A stretch of 47,057 nucleotides of DNA from Atractiella rhizophila (lineage: Eukaryota). The notes beneath the pieces were generated by a model that made no database searches, was not told where the DNA came from, and saw only the letters and a program-made list of their open reading frames with translations. Location: NCBI GenBank assembly GCA_021432655.1, contig MU271201.1, positions 62,001 through 109,057 of the forward strand, written 5' to 3'. Made by a program: the position numbers and the translations under genes. Of the stretch, positions 1 through 9,998 are shown in pieces. How positions within the stretch are numbered: the stretch's first letter is position 1; the number at the start of each line of letters is the position of its first letter.

Positions 1-91
1 GAACTAGTCCAGAACCGCGTCCAGAGGTCTTTTAATAAACACTAAAACAACTCGAGCAAATCTCAAGACGTGTCCGTTGGTGTGATACCTA

Positions 92-3000
92 TCAATCGAC
101 TTCCTCCTCAAATGCACGTGGATCTTCCTCCAAGTGAGCTTGTTCCGCACTTTCAACACCTTTAACAGCCTCTCCTTCATTTCCACGGCGCTCCTTCAGA
201 GTGGGCTCAGGCTGAGCAGGCAGCGCGTGATCCTCATCGTCTTCATCTGCATCATCATCCTCCTTACTAGATCCTTCTCGAAGCGTTTCCTCAACGGGCG
301 GATGCTGCACCTCTTCCTGTGGTGGCAATCGTACATTCTCGCTCTTGGGATGCTCTGGTTCAGCTTCGAAGACGTTGCGGATCGGCTCGACGTTCGGTTG
401 GACTGTAGGCTCTGCCTCTTCCTCCTGCTCACCTAACGGATCCTTGAGGTTGGTGATCGTCTTCGGCGTCGGGGAGGCTGCTTTGACGATCGCATAATCT
501 GCGTACTATGGTCTCTGTTAGCAAATACCTTATAGACAGAGAAAGTGTTTCACGTTGGCAGGAAAGTCTCCGCTATGGCATGCTCGTTAGAGGTATCCAA
601 AGGTCAGCGAGCGGAGACTCACCAGGAGAAATCCCAGGTCTTCACCCAGCGCGCACTTTCGCACTTCTTCTTCGTCCACTGTCCGGCATATGCAAGCGCT
701 GAGTAGTGTTGCCAGTTCCACAACATGATGATGATAAGTACAGCTGCGATTTGGAGCCGAAGCTTCGGTTTGAGATAGGTAGTGACGGCATCGAAGAGGA
801 CTGCGAAGGTAAGAATGGCGAACCACAAAGCGGGAAGGTAGTGGTGCAAAAAGAGCTGGCGCTGCATGATGAAGAATGGGAAGTAATGCAGGCCCCAGCC
901 GAGGACTGTGAAAGTACAGATCTTGTCGTAGAACGCAACGACGGAATTGTTGAGGTCTTGGTATCCTCGCTTTGCTCGCAGAACGACGAGGGCACGGAAA
1001 CCGATGTAAGCAAAAATTGCCAGTGTCGACGTCCACCATGTAAATGGGTTTCCAATGAGGTAGATCTGACGGTGCTCCTTAACCCAACTATCCGCCTCTT
1101 TAGCATTCCACATAGCAGGGACAAAGGGAAACTTGCAAATTGATCCCTCTCCTCAAAACCGGCCAGGATTGTGGACGCGAATCGTACACATGTCGATCCG
1201 TAAGTCCAGCATTGGTTTTCCACATGACCTTTTGAAGCTCCCAAAACTTCGCGAAGAATCCAAGACGCTGATAATTCACCTTATCCGACTTCTGTGGCAC
1301 TGTCGCGGTATAGACGCGATCAATATTCGGAAGGAGGAAGAACAAACAGACTCACTGTTGACATGTGTGTTAGTCTCAACATACCAGATCGAATTCGCAA
1401 GCGTGGGGTTCTTGTTGCAAGTCACCTCTTGCTGCTCGTAAGCCCAATCGGGTAGTTTGACTTTATGAGAGAACAAGTAGCAGCCTGTGAGAACATGACG
1501 AAGCCTGAACCTGGTCCTCAGCGTCCGCAAGTGTTTCATCGCTTTACTGTCGCCCGTCATCGAGGTGTACTGCTCATTAAACTCGATCGCCCAATTATCA
1601 TTCGCGTCTCCCGAGAACCCTTCAAACCCATAACCCGAAACCTCATTCTGATAATCTGTTTCAGTGACTGGAGGTCGGATATCATGAGAGTGCAGCCGTT
1701 TCTTCGTGGTGATATGTTCGAAGCGAAGAATTTGGTTGTTCTTGATTAGGACGGGTGGCTCAGCGTTCACAGCATCGTACTCTTCTTCAGCAGTGGTGTT
1801 GAACACATGCCAATCATTGTTTTCGTCCCGATGAGGATACAAGGTGATTTGTTGCTCTAAGCATCCGCCAGCGGTGAGAAATGGCGCTTGTTACTCAGAA
1901 GAACATAGTTACGGTTACTGCCGCCAGGATAGGCATGATTGTGAGAATGAAGGTAGCCACCTTGCGTGTTCAAATGCTTGATCGTGATCCTGGATCCAAG
2001 CATCACATCTGCATAAAGACATGAGTTTCCATTCTTTACCAAAGGGAAAGAACACGCACCAGCAAAAGTATCCGCCATACCATGTCCCCTGAGCGTATGC
2101 TGAAACTCGCTGCTCATGAACCCATCACCGTCTCCACTGGAGTTCAACAGTCCAAAATGAATCGCAAACATGAAGAGGTAAAAGGTCATCGGAACCGCGA
2201 TCAGTCCCACGACTCGAGCCCAGAAGTGTCTATTGAGTCTCAACATCGTGACATCAGTATTTCCAAGCAGGATCCAAAGCTGAGTGATGGTCATGATGCC
2301 AATGAGCGCAATCGTGAACAGTCCCACCCATTTGACCGAAACCGTCGCTCCCAGCGCCAAGCCGGTAAGGACTAGCCACCCCCACCATCGTGTGGTGAAG
2401 GCGCTCCTATCGCTCACAGGGACCTTCTCCCCGGTCGCTGAAGCCAGAATCGACACTCTCGGATCCCTCAACTTTTCCGCAATCACGTCGCTCTCCATCC
2501 CATCCGTCTTTGGCTTCGGCATGTCTGGACGGGTTGGGGAAGAGGGAGAGGACTCATTGGCGAACCCGCACCAAGCGAAGGTAGTGAGAGCGGTGAAGAA
2601 GACGAGGGGCGAGTCGAGAAGGATGAGTCGAGATTGGGTGATGAGTGCATTGTCAAACGTCACAAAGATTGCTCCAAGAGCGGAGGAGAGAGGTCGCAGG
2701 TGAAGAAGGCGGAGAGTAAAGTAGGTGAGCGGAATGACCAAGATTCCAAGGGTCGAGGTCATGAGGCGCATAGCGATATAAGGGACGTGGTCTGGCGCAT
2801 ACTCCCTGAATTCCAATTAGCGTTGTAGACAATGACACAAATGAAAACTTACTTTCCAATCTCCTTGAAATCGAAGTTGCCAGTGAAGCCAGCCAACCAT
2901 CCAGCGAGAGTGATGAGCATCTTCGCCAGCGGTGGGTGGACGTCCATGAAGAACTTTGACTTGATATATTTGGTTGCAAAGCCGCCAAAGTGTACTTCGT

Positions 3001-3798
3001 CAAATCTACAAGCGGCACGGTTAGTACTTCGCTGATGTATGGAACAACGGTCGTTAGGCAAGTGAGATGGCTAGCGTGGAGGTTCTGTGTAAAGTGAAGC
3101 TTCCTTCCACATGCAGGAACCCCTCGCGTATTCAAAACCTATCGCTACAATCATAATAGAAGTATAAAATGAACATGGAATGTCCTCCATGATAAAAATC
3201 CATGTATTTATTGGGCCTACTGTGCTCGAGCCTCATAGATAATCACCACTTCCAACTCTTGGCAACTAATGCACCGTCGTGCTGCTTCTGTACGGGCGAA
3301 GCGACGACACCAGTTCAACACATGTACACAACATTATAATGGCATAGTCCAAAGCATTCACTCTACGTTTTTCAACAGCATACAAATGCTGCGTATTGAC
3401 TGTCACGAAGTGACCCTGCGCCATTGCAGCAGGGACTACTTTGGCAAATGGACCAGATGCAGCAGAAAAGAAGCAGAGTTATTCACCTCCCCCCTGTGTA
3501 GAAGCATATGAGGAGAGCGAGACCTAGCGAAGCTAAATAAAGACTTCGCAGTCACCAACTCCAACAGCCACGTACACCACTTTGCAGCACCGTCAAAGGA
3601 AGAGACTTACACAACACTAGCAGGTCTATCCAACCTCCACCATCTGACCCAACAGCCAATCACTACCAGCAGCAGCACCATTTTGACCTCTCCCCTCGTC
3701 ACATGCTGCAGGCCGCCGCCGAGGAAGTATCCTGTGGTGGGAGGTGGCTTGGAATATCGCTTGGAGAAGGACGGCGGGGGCAGCGAAGGGGAGAACAT
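92..3798 (-). CDS. PMT1: Dolichyl-phosphate-mannose:protein O-mannosyltransferase, Pmt1-type, multi-exon
   Basis: Exon 3611-3798 ends WVRWWRLDRPASVV and joins, across a 605-nt intron (3006-3610, GTAAGT..TAG), to FDEVHFGGFATKYIKSKFFMDVHPPLAKML. Later exons give SRLILLDSPL, VKWVGLFT, MIR-domain motifs (GGYLHSH, KRLHSHD) and RQLFLHHYLPAL, then an acidic tail ending at 92. The start codon and the Pmt1 versus Pmt2 assignment are inferred. Confidence 0.92.
3006..3610 (-). other. 605-nt structured spliceosomal intron in PMT1
   Basis: GTAAGT donor, TACTAAC branch point and TAG acceptor; splicing restores the SVV-FDEVHF motif. The intron ends pair with each other and there are many internal hairpins. 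Confidence 0.85.
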
Positions 3799-4420
3799 CG
3801 CATGAAATCAGGAAAGGAAGAAGCTGAGAGAATGGGAATGATGTCGTGGTAGTCGTAGTGTGAACACTTAGTATGCAACTAAGCAGCATAGTGACTGTGT
3901 GTCAGTTGTCACTGTGTCAGATTGGACCAATGGACCAATGGATGAACAAGAGAGCAATGCGACGTAATAATGCAGGAATTCTGTATATTGAATGGGTTCA
4001 AGAAGTTTTTGCTTAGTATTTAAGTATTGGAGCGGACAGGTCTGTTTCATTCCTTGATGAACTTTTCTGTCACTTCTTCATTACAACATCATCTGTAGCT
4101 CTGAGGCTGGTTATCCACGGTGTGCGTACCAAAAATCAAATTGAGCACGCAGAGGATGTTTCATGTTTCCCCAAAAATACTTGTGACGATACGTGACTTC
4201 CTTGCGTTAAACTGATTTGGGATCATGCGCAACATATATACAATTTTGCATGCTTGATTGAGCTGAGTCTGATGCCGTGATACGTTCGATTCATAGAGTG
4301 GCGTTGTTGCAATACCAGTTCTCAGTACCCAAGTCGCCGTCTTCTTCGACCACTGTACCAATTCCTACTTTATTCCACAACTGGGTCAACCTCATACTCA
4401 CTCCACAGGACAACGAAGAC

Positions 4421-4823
4421 CTACTGCCGGGTTCTTGGACGGGCGCCGCACCTTCTACAATACTGGTCGTCCAGTCTCGTAGTGGCACCGCACCTAGAAC
4501 AGGATCCTTTGGCCAACCCTTGTCAGGTTATTTTGCATCCAAAATCAAGGCAAAAGTCACCAGGGTTAACGCGTTAACGTACCATGAGTAGGACCTGACC
4601 ACATCCAATCCCATGGATAAACACGTCCCCTTGTCGGGTCATCCTGATCGGCAACAAAGTCATCCCAATCGTCCATCGTATATCCGACAGGACAAGAGGA
4701 AGGGCGTCTGCACATGGGAGCAGGGGTTGGGATAGTGAACGGTCTTGATGCAGCGCGAACAAAGTTTTGGTAGTCGGCGTCGTATTGGAGAGGTGGGGCG
4801 GTTGAAGGGCGCACTCTCGTCAT
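4421..4823 (-). CDS. Small hypothetical protein with a C-terminal zinc-ribbon motif (2 exons)
   Basis: ORF MTRVRPSTAPP...GPTH, then a 64-nt GTACGT..AAG intron (4519-4582), then in frame GLAKGSCSRCGATTRLDDQYCRRCGARPRTRQ* (CxxCG-x8-CxxCG). Confidence 0.45.
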
Positions 4824-5151
4824 TTCACAAGCTAGACATATGGAAAGCGCGCCAGGTGCGCCGCCTGGACAAGTATCGTAGCAGTAAATGCATCCTATTC
4901 ATAAATTAAAAATTTGCTACCCCTCGTTAAGGTACGCACTTGCAGGAAGATGTCTTGGTTGAGTGAGACGTCTATGGCATTATCGTCAATTTTGCTCGAA
5001 ATAATGGACAATAAAAGGAACACACAAGCCTCCTCCATCAACCTGAGGGTGAAGACAGAATGAGCACGTGAGACGCTGGGCAGGGATGACGGTGTTGCAA
5101 TAAGTGCATTCTGTGAACAGTATGGGAGACTTGTCTCATCGAAAAATCAAG

Positions 5152-5265
5152 CTACGAACGCTTCCATTCGTTGCCCAAACGTAAATCATTATCCGCTCCA
5201 CAACTCACACATTCCAGCCACGATGGGTGCAAGCGGCTGCCGCAGAATCTGCAGGACATTTCTCC
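5152..5265 (-). CDS. Terminal exon encoding a zinc-ribbon motif; upstream exons (to ~5800) unresolved
   Basis: MSCRFCGSRLHPSWLECVSCGADNDLRLGNEWKRS*, preceded by a branch-like ACTGAG and an AAACAG acceptor. Confidence 0.35.
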   Translation of the reverse strand, partial: GEMSCRFCGSRLHPSWLECVSCGADNDLRLGNEWKRS

Positions 5266-6059
5266 TCTGTTTGTTTCCCTCAGTAAAGGCGTAAGCGTAA
5301 GTGCAAGGTAGCGTGAGAAAAGACAACTATTAACAAATAACAAAAGGCAGAAAGGAGCAAATCCGTCGTGACATGTCGACCTTTTATGGGACGAGCGTGT
5401 GCAGTGGAATCACTTCCAGAAACATTCTTCTATCCGAGGCAGGTCCATGCAGTTGCATACATTGCTTTGAACAAAGTTCGTGGATGCGTAGCTCAACCTG
5501 GGCAGATGCAACTTGAATTCGGAAACCTTTCTTGAAAATGATCGATGGTCCTAATCTGGCCCACTCGCAATGGAACCTCTTGCTTTCATGCCTCTGTCCA
5601 ACAGCACGGACACTCAAGGAAAAACCCGTTTCGGTATTCCCGTTGAGAAAGAAGAATTCCCACATCTCGCAGCGAGCACGGGCTCCGCGGTGCGATATAA
5701 AGTTCGAGGGCAACAACCGCTTTGGGCGTCTCCGCCCTGCCTGTCAGGGTTAACCCAATTTTCATATCATATGTCTTTCCCGACCGACTGAACAACATGG
5801 AAGAAACTAATCTCTTTCTGCAGTTGTTCGGACTCGGAAAAGCTGAGACGACAACAAATGGGTTCTCACTAATTTGAGTACTTTCTCCACGCCTACAAGC
5901 AATACGGCAGTAGTGTGGCAGCTTCGCCTCTCAGTATCTCAAGTTCCTACATCATGTTATCTGATGTTATCTGAAGAAAATGAAGTATTATTGATATCGG
6001 AAGCAAATAAGTCGATGCACTTCCCGGCTCCGAAGGTCCATTAACACGAGTGAATCTCC

Positions 6060-7590
6060 ATGTCGACTTCTAAAGCGTCGAATCCACTTTACACGCCTCT
6101 TCCTCCTTCGTTGTTAGGCGGTAGTGACAGCGGTCCAACTTCTGGGACAGACTTAGCCTCTCTCTTCCCCTGCCTCTTTCCATCAATCACACCATTACAA
6201 AAGGAGAACCAGCAAACGTCTATCGCTGGGAGATTGGAGAAGAAGAATATAGTTTTAGAGAACGAGAAGGGGAAGAGGTCGAAATGGAAGCAGGAGAAAA
6301 TCGATAGAGCGAGAGAGGACAGGGAGAAGAAGAGGAAGGCGAGGGAGATCGGGAAGAAGGAGAGAAAGAGGAAGAAGAAGGGAAAAGATACTAGTCTAAG
6401 GTGCGCATTCCTAGTTCTAGAGAGAGGGGAAGTATGGCCACCGCCGAGTGTGGCTTTGGAGTGTATGGTGTATAAAGGAAACTCGTGACACAATTTGTGC
6501 TAGCCTAGCAGAGTAGTTAGAGAATACCTGCCAGTTGCCCCTTTTCTCTTTCTTCACGAATTGGGGGAATTGCCCAAGTCTGTCATGTGAAATATTCTAT
6601 ATTCGCTGTTTTACTCTCGTCCTGCACACAACTCGAAAGGATTAGTGTAATGTAGCTCTCCAGCTTTACGTCGTTTCGTATATTAAGTGCCGCACGATTC
6701 TTGTATGCTCTACATAATGCGCTACATACTACCGTATGACGTCGAGCGAAACAATAAGAGACCCGTGACTGGAACCGTGAATGAATACTTCACCTTGCTG
6801 CCGTATTCCTGGTTTACCAAGGTCTCATGGATTGTACTTAAAAGTAGCTAACCGAACATCAATCTCAGTTGTGCTTGTGTCCCGTGTCGACGTTTCTGTC
6901 TAGTTTATCCTCTTCCAAGATGAAGAGGCAGGCACGACAGATTGCTGAGCATGCGATGTTCATTCTAGTTTCGACACCATCCTTCCGCTACACCATCTAT
7001 GGCTAGGCTACATGGCAGAACTCCTCACGCTCCCCATCCTTGTTCCTCCCTCACCATCCGATCCTAAAACAATGCCGAATCTGCACGTTCGCGCCGTCTC
7101 TTGCATTAATCATCATCTGACCTCCCTTCCAAAGTCGCGTCCTGCCCACACCGACGTCACACCAGCCGATGACACCCTCACGTCGAAGCTCACAAACTCT
7201 TCGATACAGTCGATGCAAGCCAAATTGCTCAAGGCAGACTTTCACGGTTGTCTGATCAAAGTGAAGCGAAGCAAGAATGCGTCGCTCATCGGAGGCGAAG
7301 GGATCGTGGTCAAGGAGACGCAGGGGACGTGGGAGGTCGTCTCGAGGAAAGGGGAGAGGAAAATCTTTCCCAAGTTTAATTCCATTTTCGAAATCGCCTT
7401 GCCACTTGTACCCAGTACGAATACGGCAGGAGCGGAAAAGGCGAATGGGATGGAGGTAGATGGAGAAAAGAAGGAAGAGAGAAGAGAGCTCCGGTTCGAG
7501 ATTAACGGGACACAGTTTTGTTATGATCCCGTGGAAAGAGTAGGAAAGAAGTGGAAGGGTTCGGCGGCCGAAAAAGGTTGGGAACATTGA
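6060..7590 (+). CDS. POP4: RNase P/MRP protein subunit Pop4/Rpp29 (2 exons: 6060-6400, 6969-7590)
   Basis: Splicing of 6401-6968 gives SLSFDTILPLHHLWLGYMAELL. KLLKADFHGCLIKVKRSKNASLIGGEGIVVKETQGT..KIFPKFNSIF..FEINGTQF is the Rpp29 domain; the N-terminal exon is Lys/Arg-rich. Confidence 0.9.
6401..6968 (+). other. 568-nt structured spliceosomal intron in POP4
   Basis: GTGCGC donor, GCTGAG branch-like site and TAG acceptor; splicing restores the frame and the conserved LHxLWxGYM motif. Extensive self-complementarity. Confidence 0.82.
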
Positions 7591-7694
7591 GAATCATATT
7601 CAGATACGATGTTGAGAAATGTACACAGTCAATATTTTACTTTTCCATAGTACTCTTGCTTCGTCTTCAGTTAACTCACCCACTTTGGAATTTT

Positions 7695-9385
7695 AATCAG
7701 TTGCCCTGCGCCTGAACAAGACGATATTGAGGTTGAACGTCTCGCGGATCTTCTCGTGCCGATATTCGATCATCCAATCGATGAAGCCATGATCTCTAAC
7801 CGTGTAAGGACACGCTTCGAGCATTTCTGGTTTCTTCGCCATAAGTTTGCCGTTTTGGACGAATTGAATTGCCAGCGCATAGTTTGTTACGAAACCGACT
7901 GTTCCCCTACAGAAAAACCTTGACCTTCAGGAAATGTAGAAATGAAACAAGCGAGAAACTCACCCAGCTTCGCGTACCTCTTTAGCAACATTCGCCGTCA
8001 TGAAAACCCAACCTCTTCCTCGCTCGTCTGACTTGGTGGGAATCGTGCTGATAACTTCCGCGAACTCGTAATTCTTCCACAAACTAGAAAGTGCATCCTC
8101 CAGGCTCCTTTGCTGGGGGAAGTCCGCCTCGAGGTTTAGAATAGGGTTTTCGTGGCCATGACAATGACATCGGGGGACGCACATCCCGTGCCTGAAGATT
8201 TTATATTTTGGACACGGGGAAATATATCGTTTCAAGACGAGTGGTATTGGATTGTTCCCTCTGGCGGGATCCCACAAAGCATCTAGATCCCATCCCTGTT
8301 GATTCGTATGATAGGCATGGCCAGCGTAGGAATGGATGTTCTGGAGCCGCGTGAAAGAGCCAAGATTCATCGCGTCTGACTTGTCGAGGAATTTCTGTCG
8401 CGAGAGGTAAGGGCAGGAGGAGGTGCCGAGACGCAGGGGATGGCGAATTATGAGTGCGAGATAGTGATGAAGGGAGTAAGTGGCTTCGAGATCTGATACG
8501 GGAAAGTCGTAGTTCTTGAGTACAAGGTCTTGAAAAGTTTCCTTCACAGCTTTCAACTGTAACATGCTCCATGAGATGGCCAGGCATCCCGAAGAGATTA
8601 CGGACCTGCTCATTGAACAGCCATTTGCACTTGGCGTTCACCCTTCCGTGCACCTCATTCAAAATGCTGACGATATTTTCTGTGTCTTTAATAAAAAGCT
8701 TCCTTTCCATGTATCTCGTAAGCATCGATTTTTTCATCGCAAAGTCTCAAATGAGTTGCCAAATGGATCGCATGTTTTTTTCTGTTCTCGATGGAGACAT
8801 TTAGACGACAACGTAACCCATGGAACGTATATCCACTCACCCTCCTAATTTCCCATTCAGTGAAGACCAGATCATGTATCAGAGGATCTTTCGTCTTTTT
8901 GAGCTTCAACACCACCCTCCCACTCGCCATTCCGATTGCTTGCACGCCAGGTGGTTTCCTGATGAGCTGACCGTATCCAGGTCTCTCCCTTCTCCTGAAA
9001 GGTGTATCCCTAAGCTCCAGCTGGTTCAAGTTTCGAGCCAGTGCCCTCAACTCTGACGGACTTTCGTCGCCGCGTACCAAGCCTTCATAGTCGAGGGATT
9101 GATAGTGGAAACCATAGAAACAAGGGGATCAAGGCTTCCTCCACGAGCGTGTCGGCGAAGAAATTCAGTACGCGAGACAGAGTCAGAAGGCTCCAAGGAT
9201 CCAAAGCTCGATCCATTCTCGTCGCCTCCTACCGAACGTCCCTCTGCGTTCCAATAGTCGTCCACGTCGTCATATTCGCCGTCGTTCGAATAGTCTGGAT
9301 ACAGACTTCCGCTGTTTAAACTATCGTCACGGTCTCGATAACCGAAACCTCTTCTTTCACTGTATTCGTCGCGGGGTGAAAACAT
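7695..9385 (-). CDS. Hypothetical multi-exon protein of unknown family, possibly degenerate
   Basis: Chain of overlapping minus-strand ORFs (9047-9385, 8688-9080, 8201-8737, 7960-8613) with an acidic N-terminus and a GTGAGT..TAG intron near 7907-7963. No motif recognised; frame changes unresolved. Confidence 0.4.
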
Positions 9386-9998
9386 CGATATTCCTCGAGT
9401 TGGACAAACACGGCGCGAGAGAAAAAATGGAGCTCAACTGATTTGCTAGCCCCTGCCCTTAAGTATCAGCGCATGTCAGCGCGGTCAGTGATTGCCGTCA
9501 TGAATACTTCTCGATCTGTCAATGCCACGAACTCTATTTTCGACGAAATGGGACCATTATTTGGCGATGTTTGCCGCCGACGGGAAGCAGGAGGAAACTC
9601 AAAATGGCTTCTGTGCAGGAGTATCTATCCGAGAGAAGGAAAAGAGTATGGGAAATAAAGGCAGCCTAACTAAGACCGGGATACGGACAGAACTTTAGGT
9701 ACATTACCCAACGAGCCGCACGGTCTTGACGCAAAGGTAACTTAGTGCATTATAAGGAAGTAGAAACTGAACAGCCTTGTATCGAAAGAGCTCTCTCTCA
9801 ATTGAAGCGAACTCCTAAAGTTTATGTCCAAAAGTTGCTCCCGGCATCACTTAAATATGTAGTACCCAACAACTTCCCCTCCGAGCTCTGCAAATTTTGA
9901 TGCTATGTCACTCAAATGGAGGCCAACATAACTAGGATTAGAAGCTTAAGTTCCATGATAAGAATCTACTTGTTCGCACATTTCTGCACAGCGTCACT

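Noticed and set aside
3335..3445. Group I intron-like S (ATGGCATAGTCC) and R (CAGGGACTA) words in the PMT1 intron; similar CAGACTA..TAGTC in the GAD intron
   Set aside because: The order is reversed in PMT1, the J8/7-equivalent is not A-rich in GAD, and I found no P3/P4/P6 core. Both introns have ordinary spliceosomal ends.
6401..6410. GTGCG start resembling a group II intron 5' end
   Set aside because: GTGCGY is a common spliceosomal donor throughout this window; no domain V, and the intron ends in AG.
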